From Calditrichia bacterium (GTDB lineage: Bacteria > Calditrichota > Calditrichia > RBG-13-44-9 > J075), in assembly GCA_050633245.1 (NCBI GenBank), contig JBOEGD010000002.1:182520-246519 (forward strand): a stretch of 64,000 bases of DNA, in the 5' to 3' direction. Position numbers and translations under genes: made by a program. Below, piece after piece: positions 10,294-20,407 of the stretch (the first letter of the stretch is position 1; each line of letters starts with the position of its first letter). A model generated the notes under the pieces. It made no database searches. It worked only from the letters and a program-made list of their open reading frames with translations, and was not told the DNA's origin.

Positions 10294-10457
10294 AAGGCTC
10301 TTAAATCGCTGAATAAAAAAACTAATGACAAAAAGTTAACCTATGTCAAAATTTGAGCCGATTATAATTCCGATTATGTTCCCGTGTATCACAGGGAAAA
10401 CTTTGCCAGGGAATGCAGTATTACTTATTTACATATTTTGAATATGCGAGTTAATCC

Positions 10458-12398
10458 ATGACGCAACATACACAACTGACCTACGCCAATATACAGCGCA
10501 TCAAGGCAGAAGAATTTCAACGTTTCTTTGCCGGTTCGCAATCAATTCATGCTTATCTCAATCACTTGAACGAAGTGGAGTGGTTGAATATTGATGATGC
10601 AGAAAATCAGCACGAGTTCTTCGACTATGAAGAGAGTAATGTTCTTAAGCTAAAGAAAATATTTGGTGCTCGAACGTATCGCACCGGGAATTCATCTTCT
10701 CAACAAGAGACAGAACTGCGTTTGCAGCTGCGTCGCTATCTCGAATCAACCTACTCCGGTGGCGTTTCACCCGCTACAGCTTCAAAGATTCCGGCGGTTC
10801 TGGAAAAAGAGTTTACCAACGAAGAAATTGAGAACATTCCGGTTTACCTGGAGAATCTCGAACAAGTACATTGGGATACGCGTCTGTTAAGTGCAATGAT
10901 GACGGTAGCGGTTTTACTGGTTGCCGTGGCAGGATATGCGTTTGTAAATCAAACGGAAACACCCTATGGTGAGCTTTTAATTGATTCTAACGTCAGAAGC
11001 GCCCGTGTTTATCTTGACGATGAGCAATCCGGCTATTCTCAGTCGGAAATATCCAAGCTGAATCCGGGAACATACAAGCTTTCGGTGAAGAAGCCAGGCT
11101 ATTTCAGCAATCCTGAGTATTCCACTGTAACGGTGAAAAAAGATTCCCTTACTAAAGTGTTTATCAACATGTTTCCGCGTAGCGATCAAAATCAGGGCAT
11201 TTTGAAAATCTCTGCCACGCATGATGATTCAAAGATCTTTATCGACAATGATTTCCGTGGAACATTGGATGAACACCCCTACATCCCCCTGAACCCGGGC
11301 CAGTATTCAGTTATAATTGAGAAGAATGGCTTCAGTTCTAATCCTGGTGAGCAAATCATTACAATCAGCGCTGGTGATACAATGGGGCTAGACTTTGTAC
11401 AACAGCGTCGCACCTATACCAAAGTGCAGCGTTCTCCGGTACAAACGAATGCCAGAACAACTCTTGGTATCAGCACCAATATTCGCGGAGCCAAAATTAT
11501 TATGGATGGCGAAGACACCGGTAAATATGCTGATTATGTTTTTGCAAACCTGAACATCGGAACCTACACCATTGCGCTCGAAAAAGAAGGCTATCAGTCG
11601 ACTCCCAAAGAGCAGACGATTCAGCTTGGCACAGGCAGTGGTGGAGCAGATATAGATTTTGAAATGATTAAAACGCATGAGAAAATGAGCATTGTAACCA
11701 CTCCGGTTGCAGGCGATATTTTCGTAAACGGCAAGAAATTCGGGCGTGGTAAAGTAGAACAGCTGGTAAAAATGGGTCAGCAAACAATTTCTTTCGGAGA
11801 AGTAGCCGGCTACAAAACGCCCAAGCCTCAGATTATTTCATTGGGCAACAATCCAAAGCAGCTTGAAGTCGCTTATTTCCCCGAGATGAAACTAGACGTT
11901 GAAATTACTGCAAACGGTGCTGTGAAGGTAGACAATTGTGACCTGATAACCGGTTACACCTTTGATAACCGCGCTTTTTCTGCAAGCAAGGAAGCTGGCC
12001 CTGAAGTCGTATTTTTCGACAAGAGAAAAGACTATTTCTGGAAATTCGGCTTCGCTTTTCCCTATCGCGATCGCAAGGGGAATGACGCCCTGAAAATGAG
12101 CTTCCAGCTACCGAAAGTGCTCGATCATGAACAATCCTTTATTCTGATGCTGGATGCTGCCAGCTCAAAAGAATATTATGCACATCGCCTCAGCAAAGAT
12201 CTCGATATCAGCATTAAGGTGAACGGCAGAGTCATCAGCTATACCTATTCGCCAAAGCCTCTTGAAACCAATAACATAAAGCGCATGGAATGGGATATTA
12301 CCCGCTATATAAAGCCCGGTAACAATGCTGTGGAAATTTCTACAACGGAAAAGAACAACACCTTTTTCTACGTCAAGCGAATCAGTCTACAGAATTAA
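10458..12398 (+). CDS. Single-pass membrane protein with multiple PEGA domains
   Basis: TM segment LLSAMMTVAVLLVAVAGYAFV; repeats of IDSNVRSARVYLD...LNPGTYKLSVKKPGY; C-terminal beta-sandwich (IKPGNNAVEI). Confidence 0.85.
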   Translation: MTQHTQLTYANIQRIKAEEFQRFFAGSQSIHAYLNHLNEVEWLNIDDAENQHEFFDYEESNVLKLKKIFGARTYRTGNSSSQQETELRLQLRRYLESTYSGGVSPATASKIPAVLEKEFTNEEIENIPVYLENLEQVHWDTRLLSAMMTVAVLLVAVAGYAFVNQTETPYGELLIDSNVRSARVYLDDEQSGYSQSEISKLNPGTYKLSVKKPGYFSNPEYSTVTVKKDSLTKVFINMFPRSDQNQGILKISATHDDSKIFIDNDFRGTLDEHPYIPLNPGQYSVIIEKNGFSSNPGEQIITISAGDTMGLDFVQQRRTYTKVQRSPVQTNARTTLGISTNIRGAKIIMDGEDTGKYADYVFANLNIGTYTIALEKEGYQSTPKEQTIQLGTGSGGADIDFEMIKTHEKMSIVTTPVAGDIFVNGKKFGRGKVEQLVKMGQQTISFGEVAGYKTPKPQIISLGNNPKQLEVAYFPEMKLDVEITANGAVKVDNCDLITGYTFDNRAFSASKEAGPEVVFFDKRKDYFWKFGFAFPYRDRKGNDALKMSFQLPKVLDHEQSFILMLDAASSKEYYAHRLSKDLDISIKVNGRVISYTYSPKPLETNNIKRMEWDITRYIKPGNNAVEISTTEKNNTFFYVKRISLQN

Positions 12399-12527
12399 CA
12401 CAGCCTGCTCTTAATTTTGCAGACTGTTTTGCACGCAATAAAAGCACGACCTCTCGCATCTCGCGCCTTACACTTTTAAGCTCTACATTTCATTTCCATT
12501 TCCTGAATTTCTGTTGTACATTTTTGC

Positions 12528-13871
12528 ATGGATCTATTCTCACAACTCGAACCGGAAAAGTCTCCAGCCACATCTGCACCGCTGGCGGAGCGAATGCGAC
12601 CGAAGACTCTCGACGAGCTTATCGGTCATCAACATATTGTTGGGGCAGGAAGCCCGATCAGCGAAGCAATTAAACAGGAACGACTCAGCTCATTCATTCT
12701 TTGGGGTCCGCCCGGTGTCGGAAAAACCACCGTTGCCCGAGCGATCTCTAAAGAAGCAAAAGCAGACTTCCTTAGCATCAGCGCAGTAACCGCAGGCGTT
12801 GCTCAAATTCGCAAGAGCATTGAACGAGCCGAGAAAAATCGCAAGTTTACCGGGCGCAAAACGGTCCTTTTTATCGATGAAATTCATCGTTTCAACAAGG
12901 CACAGCAAGACGCGCTTCTTCATGTCGTTGAAGATGGTACGCTGGTTTTAATCGGCGCAACAACAGAGAATCCATCGTTTGAGGTCATCGCACCCTTACT
13001 TTCTCGCTGTCAGGTTTACAAGCTGGAATCGCTTACAGACAATGACATTCGAGCCATCGCCGAGCGTGCTCTTAAAAACGATTCCATTTTGATTGAGAAG
13101 CAGGTCAAGGTTGAAGACTGGAATTCACTCTACATTCTTTCAGGGGGAGACGCCAGACGCGCACTAAATATTATTGAGGAAGCTGTGGCGCTTCTAGGCA
13201 AACAACAACCGCCTCTTCTGCTCGATGCCGCAACATTCGAGCGTTCTGCTCAGAAAAAAGTTCTTAAATACGACAAAAGCGGTGAGTATCATTACGATCT
13301 CATCTCGGCATTTATAAAAAGCCTGCGCGGAAGCGATCCTGACGCAGCCGTCTATTGGATGGCTCGTATGTTGGAAGCAGGCGAAGATCCCAAATTTGTG
13401 GCGCGACGCATGTTAATTCTTGCCTCGGAAGATGTTGGTAATGCCGATCCGCAGGCAATGACAATGGCAACCAGCTGCTTTACTGCCGTCACCTATATTG
13501 GAATGCCCGAATGTCAGATTATTCTCAGCCAAACGGCAACCTATCTGGCCAGTGCTCCGAAGAGCAATGCTGCATATATGGCGATCAGACGTGCAATCGA
13601 AACGGTTCGCGAAGCGCCGGATGTGCAGGTGCCCCTTAAATTGCGCAATGCGCCTACCGGGCTAATGAAAAAACTGGATTATGGAAAAGATTATCAGTAT
13701 GTTCATGACCATGATGGTGGCTTCGCGAAAGAATCATACTTACCGGAAAAGCTGCCAAAGAAACAGTTTTATTTTCCAAAAGCGATTGGCAGCGAAAATG
13801 CAATTCTACAGCGTCTGAAAACGCTATGGAGCGGCATGAAAGACTATTCGACTCACTCAAAAGATGAATGA
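12528..13871 (+). CDS. rarA: Replication-associated recombination protein A (AAA+ ATPase)
   Basis: PLAERMRP, WGPPGVGKTT, FIDEIHRFNKAQQD, GATTENPSFEV, SAFIKSLRGSDPDA. Confidence 0.96.
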   Translation: MDLFSQLEPEKSPATSAPLAERMRPKTLDELIGHQHIVGAGSPISEAIKQERLSSFILWGPPGVGKTTVARAISKEAKADFLSISAVTAGVAQIRKSIERAEKNRKFTGRKTVLFIDEIHRFNKAQQDALLHVVEDGTLVLIGATTENPSFEVIAPLLSRCQVYKLESLTDNDIRAIAERALKNDSILIEKQVKVEDWNSLYILSGGDARRALNIIEEAVALLGKQQPPLLLDAATFERSAQKKVLKYDKSGEYHYDLISAFIKSLRGSDPDAAVYWMARMLEAGEDPKFVARRMLILASEDVGNADPQAMTMATSCFTAVTYIGMPECQIILSQTATYLASAPKSNAAYMAIRRAIETVREAPDVQVPLKLRNAPTGLMKKLDYGKDYQYVHDHDGGFAKESYLPEKLPKKQFYFPKAIGSENAILQRLKTLWSGMKDYSTHSKDE

Positions 13872-13877
13872 CATATT

Positions 13878-14381
13878 ATGAAGACAATCAAAACCCGCGT
13901 TACTGATTACTTTATTCAGATGAAGACCAAGGGCATTGCCCGCAGACTGGATTCATCGCTCTCCTTCCCCGTACCATCGGATACGATTAAAAAGGTATTG
14001 ATTATTTTACCTCGTAATCTGGAATCCCTCGATCGGGCGTCTAACTTTGTGCAGTCGTTGAAAAAACACTATCCAAAATGGCGAGTCGAGCTGTTTGATG
14101 TCGACAAGCTAGGCAAAAACGACCTGAATAATATGCAGCTTCCCAAACCGGAAGTAGTAAACAAACTTAAAGCTGCGGGCTATAACTTTGTTTTGGATTT
14201 GAATGATTCGAATGATCAAGTGGCATCGTTTATTACGCTTATGACCGAAGCACGTTATCGCATGAACCTGAACCGCGAAGGTGAGCAGTCTTATAACATC
14301 GCATTTCAGCCACAGCGTTCCAATGGCGTTATTCACTATGAATCGATTCTGCAATATCTCAGTCAGCTAATTGTTGCTTAG
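13878..14381 (+). CDS. Hypothetical protein (resembles DUF6913-type / GT9 N-terminal-like small proteins)
   Basis: 167-aa ORF 6 bp after rarA, containing YNFVLDLN; family assignment tentative. Confidence 0.65.
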   Translation: MKTIKTRVTDYFIQMKTKGIARRLDSSLSFPVPSDTIKKVLIILPRNLESLDRASNFVQSLKKHYPKWRVELFDVDKLGKNDLNNMQLPKPEVVNKLKAAGYNFVLDLNDSNDQVASFITLMTEARYRMNLNREGEQSYNIAFQPQRSNGVIHYESILQYLSQLIVA

Positions 14382-14396
14382 CAACAAAATATACGC

Positions 14397-14563
14397 CGCT
14401 CACTCTGACTTCGACTCCGCTCAGTCTGACGCGGGTTAACCGCCTACTTGCCTCTTGCGTTTCTGCCTGTTTCTGCCCTTCTTTTCTGCCTACTGCCTGC
14501 CTTTCAGACATCGCTCGCTCTGACTTCGATTCCGCTCAGTCTGACGCGAATTAACTGCCTACT
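14397..14563. repeat. Two 52-bp direct repeats (14397-14448, 14512-14563), REP-like
   Basis: 47/52 identical; core CTTCGA(C/T)TCCGCTCAGTCTGAC; on the minus strand each begins GTAG followed by a short palindrome; C/T-rich CTGCC spacer between them. Confidence 0.9.
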
Positions 14564-14710
14564 CACGTCGCGCTTCAAAAATAATTCAAAAAAAATTAGC
14601 ACTTCCTTCATTTTTTCCTGCGTTAGTAAATGAGAGCAAACCCAAGCTCCTCAGAAGCAAGCAGAGAGAAGAATAATACTATATCTATAGGATACTCAGG
14701 AGGAAGTACA

Positions 14711-17080
14711 ATGAAGCATCAACTAACAATCGCATTTTTGTTGCTGGCCATGCTGTTTTCATGCACCAAAGATCCTGCACAACCGAGTGACCAGAATCCA
14801 CCAACGGATGACGTGAACATGTTTTTGACCGAGTTACCAGCCTGGTCAGAGTTTTCACCGTTAAAGGCTCCGGTTCCCCCCACGGCAACCGACAGTTCTG
14901 AAAAGCTTCCAGACGTGACAATGGACGTTGAGGCCATCGGCGACAGCGGCGAAGTCACCATTATTCCAAACGTGACATATGAGTGCATATCCACCCCCTA
15001 CACGGTTACCGACAACCCACAACAGATCGTCATGTATAGCCCTGACATCGATGTGCTTTGGCCGGGATCACTCATTCAAGGCAAGAGTTATGCAAATGGA
15101 CTCGGTTCCCTATTGGGCATTACCATCGCTGAACGCAGCCCAATTGATGTTTCTATTCCGGGTTTGGCAAACAACGATAATTTTCGCACAGTAGATTTAC
15201 CTTCGCAGTCTACCGTTGCCCAGGCCATCGGCTCGATGGTTGGCAATGCGACTGCTGAGAGCCTGGCCACGCCAAGTACTATTTCCTTTAAGCAAGAAGT
15301 GTATCACTCTGAAAAGTCGTTCGGACTATCCGTTGGGCTTTCCGGCAACTACATGGGATTTAGCGCCTCTGCTTCCGGGGATTTTAGTCGTGACGCCTCG
15401 GAAACAACCATTACTGCGCATTTTTATCAGAAGATGTTTGAAGTCGTTGTTGCACCACCGCAAACACCGGGCGCCTTCTTCAGTGAAGACTTTACCGAAG
15501 CCAAACTTCAGGAACAAATAAATCTCGGCCGTATCGGTAATGACAATATTCCGGTCTACGTAGCAAACGTAGTTTATGGCCGCATGATGATGTTTTCCAT
15601 GACGTCCACGGCATCCGAAACCGACATGCGCGCCACACTCAACGCTGCCTATAATGGTATTGGCGGAGGCGGAAGCGCCAGCCTCTCGGCAAAGCAGAGT
15701 AGCATCCTGCAACAGTCTAAAATAGCTATTACCTCGCTGGGTGGAGACGCGGAAGCAACAATTTCCATGATTCGCTCCGGTGACTGGTCGCAGTATTTCA
15801 CAAACTCCGCTCCTCTTACAAGCGCTGCGCCACTTTCCTACACCTTTAAAAACCTTGGCGATGGCAGTATTGCAAAGGTTTCTGAAGCAACCGATTTCAA
15901 CATCACTGAATGCCAGGCCAAAGTAGCCATTCCCGGTACGTTCAACTTCCTGCCAGAAGAAAGCATGGCCCTGTCTATTCCAACTCCCGCAACCACGCTA
16001 CAGGGCGATTTTAACGGTGATGGCAAAGGAGACTTTGTTTTTAATCACCTGTCTGGCACCAGCAATGAAACGGTCGTTGCTCTCTCAGACGGGAACGGCT
16101 CCTTTAGTATGAGTTCCCCGGTTAGCCATCCAGCGGCTCCAACCGAAACCTGGGGAATTTTTGATCTTCTCGTTGGCGATTTTGACGGTGACGGCAGTGA
16201 CGACCTGGTCTGGAATCTAACCGATGCCAAAAACCGCACCTATGTAGCCCTCTCAAATGGTGATGGATCGTTTGACTTCAAAGACGAAGTAGAACATCCC
16301 AATGGAGGCTGGAGCAATTATTTGGCACTAATTGGTGACGTAGATGGTGATAATAAAGACGATCTTGTCTGGAACTATGTGTATTCAAGTGGTAATCGCA
16401 CCTATGTTGGTCTCTCAAATGGTGACGGCACCTTAAACCTGCTCCCCTTTCAGGATCGCGGCGGTAATGGCTGGCAAGCATATATTCCATTTTTAACCGA
16501 TATAAGCGGAGATAGTCGAGCAGATATTTGCTGGAATGTCCTGGATAATCGCAACGCAATGCATGGCGGTATTGCTAACAGCAACGGCACGTTCTCCTTC
16601 TACAACGCCCAACTCCATCAGAACAACGGCTGGGGAAACTTTACCAATCGGATGGGGGACATAAATGGTGATTTGATGTCAGACTATGTCTGGAGCAGTT
16701 TTTATATGAGCGGAACTACCCCCAGAATTCGCATCTATACCGGCCCCTCCAACGGCAATGGAACCTTTGCCACATCGGCCACTCCCTTCGACCTGGATTT
16801 GGAGGAAGCGGGGGGCGATGTTCATTTGGCAGACGTGAACGGAGATGGGAAAAAGGACATCATTTTAAACCACTTAGACACCATCAATCGCACCTATGTC
16901 GGATTGAGCATCAATGATGATTTCGACTTCTCACGGGTGAATCAACTGCATCCGGAAGTAACGGACTGGTCACAGTATCAACTGTTCAGCGGTGACTTCG
17001 ATAATGATGATCTCGATGACCTGGTCTGGATATTCACCGGTTCGAACACCAAGATCTTTGTCGCATTAGCAAAAGAATAA
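14711..17080 (+). CDS. Lipoprotein thiol-activated (cholesterol-dependent) cytolysin-like protein with C-terminal 7x FG-GAP/VCBS propeller
   Basis: SpII signal MKHQLTIAFLLLAMLFS-C after AGGAGG; CDC motifs LWPGSLIQG, PVYVANVVYGR, SLGG, APLSYT; seven GDxxGDxxxD repeats. Confidence 0.88.
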   Translation: MKHQLTIAFLLLAMLFSCTKDPAQPSDQNPPTDDVNMFLTELPAWSEFSPLKAPVPPTATDSSEKLPDVTMDVEAIGDSGEVTIIPNVTYECISTPYTVTDNPQQIVMYSPDIDVLWPGSLIQGKSYANGLGSLLGITIAERSPIDVSIPGLANNDNFRTVDLPSQSTVAQAIGSMVGNATAESLATPSTISFKQEVYHSEKSFGLSVGLSGNYMGFSASASGDFSRDASETTITAHFYQKMFEVVVAPPQTPGAFFSEDFTEAKLQEQINLGRIGNDNIPVYVANVVYGRMMMFSMTSTASETDMRATLNAAYNGIGGGGSASLSAKQSSILQQSKIAITSLGGDAEATISMIRSGDWSQYFTNSAPLTSAAPLSYTFKNLGDGSIAKVSEATDFNITECQAKVAIPGTFNFLPEESMALSIPTPATTLQGDFNGDGKGDFVFNHLSGTSNETVVALSDGNGSFSMSSPVSHPAAPTETWGIFDLLVGDFDGDGSDDLVWNLTDAKNRTYVALSNGDGSFDFKDEVEHPNGGWSNYLALIGDVDGDNKDDLVWNYVYSSGNRTYVGLSNGDGTLNLLPFQDRGGNGWQAYIPFLTDISGDSRADICWNVLDNRNAMHGGIANSNGTFSFYNAQLHQNNGWGNFTNRMGDINGDLMSDYVWSSFYMSGTTPRIRIYTGPSNGNGTFATSATPFDLDLEEAGGDVHLADVNGDGKKDIILNHLDTINRTYVGLSINDDFDFSRVNQLHPEVTDWSQYQLFSGDFDNDDLDDLVWIFTGSNTKIFVALAKE

Positions 17081-17084
17081 TTGC

Positions 17085-17118
17085 TTCAGTAGCGCGGGTT
17101 ATAACCCGCGCTACTGAA
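17085..17118. repeat. Perfect 34-bp palindrome, GTAG-type REP-like; may also act as terminator
   Basis: TTCAGTAGCGCGGGTTA|TAACCCGCGCTACTGAA, 4 bp after the cytolysin stop. Confidence 0.9.
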
Positions 17119-17119
17119 T

Positions 17120-17147
17120 TCTGTGTTCTGTGCTCTGCGTTCTGTTC
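17120..17147. repeat. Degenerate heptamer repeat TCTGTGT x4
   Basis: TCTGTGT TCTGTGC TCTGCGT TCTGTTC; the same family occurs at 57102-57122. Confidence 0.75.
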
Positions 17148-17233
17148 TCTCCCCTTGCCTATTCCACCCAAAAACCGTTAATTTTAACATCACATTAAAT
17201 CGTGCGATAATCACCGGGATATGGGGTGTCATC

Positions 17234-20200
17234 ATGCAATGCTCTCGTCTATTTTCAATCATTCTTTGTGTTTTAATTATCGGCTGGATGCCTTCTCTCT
17301 TTGCTCAACAGGTTATCAAGACGGTACCTGCTCCTAATTATCCCTATGGCATCACCTATGATGGAAGTCACCTGTGGGTCGGCACGTCTTCCACCAACAG
17401 CAATAAAATCTGGAAGTTAAACCCATCCGACGGCAGCGTTGCCGGAACCATTGACGTACCTTACCAACCCGCCAGTGGTTCTTATACCGTGAAGGCACTG
17501 GCATACGACGGCGATGACCTATGGGTTTTTATGGACCTGCCTTCCGCCGAACATCCCGATAAATTCTATCGCATGAATCCTGCTACCGGCGATGTAACCA
17601 AAACGATCAACAGTCCGGAGAACAATTATATCGGTGGAATGACCTTTCACGATAATCACATTTTCTACACTCAGTATTATGCAAGCAACGTGATTGGTCG
17701 AGATGTTATCATAAAAATGGATACCACCGGCGTTACCCGCGACACCATTATCACACAGGGTGAACAGCCAATGGGCATCGATTTTAACGGACAATTTTTC
17801 TGGTGCGCCGAAGACACCGGTTTCGGTGCAACACGCCAGGAGATTTACGAATACGATGTATCGACCGGAGACTTCACCGGGAATTTCATCGACAATCCAA
17901 CTCTTTCCCCGCGCGACATGGTTTTTGATGGTCAATATTACTGGCTGGTAAGCTATAACAATACCAACAGCATCCTGTATCAATTTGACATATCAGGGGG
18001 CACGCCACAAATCGGGGTTTCAAATACCGACTTCAATTTTGGTCTTACGGAGATTGCCCAACCCAAAACCTTTCAGATCAGCGTGTCTAACATTGGAACT
18101 GCCCCCCTTGCCATCAGCGCATTAAATTTTAGTCATCCCGACTTTTCAAGCGATGTCAGCACGTTTCCACAAACCATCCCGGTTGGCGATTCTTATAACT
18201 TCGGCGTTATCTATACGCCTTCTACATACGGTTTGCGAGTTGGAACGATGCAAATTGTCAATAGCGATCCGGTGAGCCCAAACGTAACGGTTGATCTTCG
18301 TGGAAAAGGTCTTTTCAGTAATCCAACTGCCGGGTTAACCGCCGCTTCACATGATTTCGGTCAGGTTTGGCTGCCCAATGAGGGACTTGCCAGCTGGAAC
18401 CTTGGAATCTACAACCGAGGCATACAGCCTCTTGAACTACAGGCCACTGCGCTTGCAGACCCGGCATATTGGGTGGACACACCATCGCTACCGACATCAA
18501 TTGCTCCCGACGACACGCTGGACATTACCGTTTGGTTCAGACCAAGCGAAGCGCTGATTTACCGCGATACGCTTTTGTTAACGAGCAATGATCCGGCAGC
18601 CAATATCTCTGAGGTTTCACTGGTGGGTGCGGGACAGGCGGGCCCATTTGGGCTGGGGACACCTTTCTGGTCTTACCAAATTCCGGACAACCCGGTCACC
18701 AGCTTTCAGGAGTATCGGGTCGAGGCTCTTAAATCGATCGATGATGTTACCGGAGATGGACTCGATGACGTTATTATCTCCTCCGAAAACTACTGGACGA
18801 TTTGCTTAAACGGTGCAAGTTCAGGTTCAGCCGCCGAGGTCTGGCGCTTCAGCAGCTATATTTCGAACTTCAGTGCCGGTTCTATTGGCTCAACCAACGC
18901 TTCGCCGCATCAGCAAAAGGCTCTGGCAATCACGAACGACCTGAACGGCGATGGCAATGAAGATGTGGTAATCGGCACCGGCGGCGGCAATGAACATGTT
19001 TATGCTCTTGACGGCACGACCGGCAGTATTATCTGGGAATTTGGCACAAATGCTGTTGACAGCTTTTCGCTGGGAGACATTACATCCATCACTGCAGACA
19101 CCGATTTCAACAACGACGGCATTAACGACATTGTTGCGACAGGCTCGGCGACTGTCGGTGGCGGCCTGGCCGGAAGAAGAACCGTATATTGCTTTGACGG
19201 TCCAACCGGGCAACAGCTTTGGAAGTATTTTATCGGAGGTTTCCTGCGTGCCTCAGCTACCATTGGCGACGTAAACGGAAACAATACTGCGGATCTTGTC
19301 ATTGCAACAGGCGAAGGCATTCAAAACTCATATGTCTTGTTAGGTCTGGACTCTGAAGGCCCCGGTGGATTACCGACACCAATTTGGACTTTTGTAATTG
19401 GCGCTTCAGCCGGTGGAGGTAAAGAGCTTATTCGCTATGAAGTGCCGGGTGAAACCAGCGATATTATCGCCGGCGCTTTTTTCTCGAATGTCTATCGCAT
19501 CGACGGTGAAACCGGAATACAAGTATGGAATTTCTCCAATCTGTCCTCCGGGGTTAATCAACTCACTTTATTGGAAGATCTGAATGCCGATGGCCTGTCG
19601 GAAGTTCTGGTGTCCAGTTTCGACAATAATTTTTACTGCTTGAGCGGAAGCGACGGAGCGGTTCTCTGGTCGCGCTTCTTCGGAAACTTCAGCTGGAGTG
19701 CCGAGACTATACCGGATCTTAATCAAGATGATATAGACGATGTGATCGTGGCCTGCCGCAACGACATTCTCTATGCACTCAATGGTGCAAATGGCGAAGT
19801 CCTGCTGCAATATCCAATGAATAGCGGTGAATTGCAGGGGGCAACAATTGCCCATATCCTTCCAGACATGGACAACAGCAATTCTTTTGAAATCCTGGGT
19901 GCTGCAGACGGCGGACAGATTGTAGCGTTGTCTGGTGGACAAATTCCGCTTACCGGTATCAGCAATTCAGAGAACTTACCGGAAGGATTCACACTGGATC
20001 AAAACTATCCGAATCCATTCAACCCATCGACAACACTGCGCTTTGCTCTGGCGGAGCGTTCAGAAATAACGCTTCAGGTAAGCGATATCCTCGGGCGTTC
20101 AGTTGCGACAATCTACAACAATCGCGCTTTAGAGGCGGGTGTACATGAGTACACCTTTAATGCGAACGACTTAAGTTCAGGCATATATTTGTTTAGCTTG

Positions 20201-20248
20201 ACCGCAAATGGGGCGTCCAAAACACGTAAAATGATATTGATGCGCTAG
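17234..20248 (+). CDS. Secreted multidomain protein: N-terminal beta-propeller, two choice-of-anchor-D/Ig-like domains, FG-GAP/PQQ-like propeller, Por/T9SS type-A-like tail
   Basis: Signal peptide ending LFA-Q; GITYDGSHLWV-type repeats; SNIGTAPLAIS...SDP Ig units; DLNGDG repeats; LDQNYPNPFNPST tail ending KMILMR. Confidence 0.88.
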   Translation: MQCSRLFSIILCVLIIGWMPSLFAQQVIKTVPAPNYPYGITYDGSHLWVGTSSTNSNKIWKLNPSDGSVAGTIDVPYQPASGSYTVKALAYDGDDLWVFMDLPSAEHPDKFYRMNPATGDVTKTINSPENNYIGGMTFHDNHIFYTQYYASNVIGRDVIIKMDTTGVTRDTIITQGEQPMGIDFNGQFFWCAEDTGFGATRQEIYEYDVSTGDFTGNFIDNPTLSPRDMVFDGQYYWLVSYNNTNSILYQFDISGGTPQIGVSNTDFNFGLTEIAQPKTFQISVSNIGTAPLAISALNFSHPDFSSDVSTFPQTIPVGDSYNFGVIYTPSTYGLRVGTMQIVNSDPVSPNVTVDLRGKGLFSNPTAGLTAASHDFGQVWLPNEGLASWNLGIYNRGIQPLELQATALADPAYWVDTPSLPTSIAPDDTLDITVWFRPSEALIYRDTLLLTSNDPAANISEVSLVGAGQAGPFGLGTPFWSYQIPDNPVTSFQEYRVEALKSIDDVTGDGLDDVIISSENYWTICLNGASSGSAAEVWRFSSYISNFSAGSIGSTNASPHQQKALAITNDLNGDGNEDVVIGTGGGNEHVYALDGTTGSIIWEFGTNAVDSFSLGDITSITADTDFNNDGINDIVATGSATVGGGLAGRRTVYCFDGPTGQQLWKYFIGGFLRASATIGDVNGNNTADLVIATGEGIQNSYVLLGLDSEGPGGLPTPIWTFVIGASAGGGKELIRYEVPGETSDIIAGAFFSNVYRIDGETGIQVWNFSNLSSGVNQLTLLEDLNADGLSEVLVSSFDNNFYCLSGSDGAVLWSRFFGNFSWSAETIPDLNQDDIDDVIVACRNDILYALNGANGEVLLQYPMNSGELQGATIAHILPDMDNSNSFEILGAADGGQIVALSGGQIPLTGISNSENLPEGFTLDQNYPNPFNPSTTLRFALAERSEITLQVSDILGRSVATIYNNRALEAGVHEYTFNANDLSSGIYLFSLTANGASKTRKMILMR

Positions 20249-20407
20249 ATGCGCCCCGGTATCAGAATTAATAATGTGAATTTATTTGATTTGAAACACA
20301 GCAAATTGGGCGTACTGACGACAAATTGTTGCTAATTTTGTCGGAAGATAGACAAAATCTGCGGTGAACGCAGAACGAGGTCCGTAACATAATCAGGAGT
20401 GTTTTCC

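Noticed and set aside
10378-10415. Riboswitch-like hairpin upstream of the PEGA gene
   Set aside because: Only a short TTCCC...GGGAA inverted repeat; it does not match a c-di-GMP or other aptamer consensus I know
14397-14563. Possible mini CRISPR array
   Set aside because: Only two 52-bp copies with a 63-bp low-complexity spacer and no cas genes; fits REP-like repeats better
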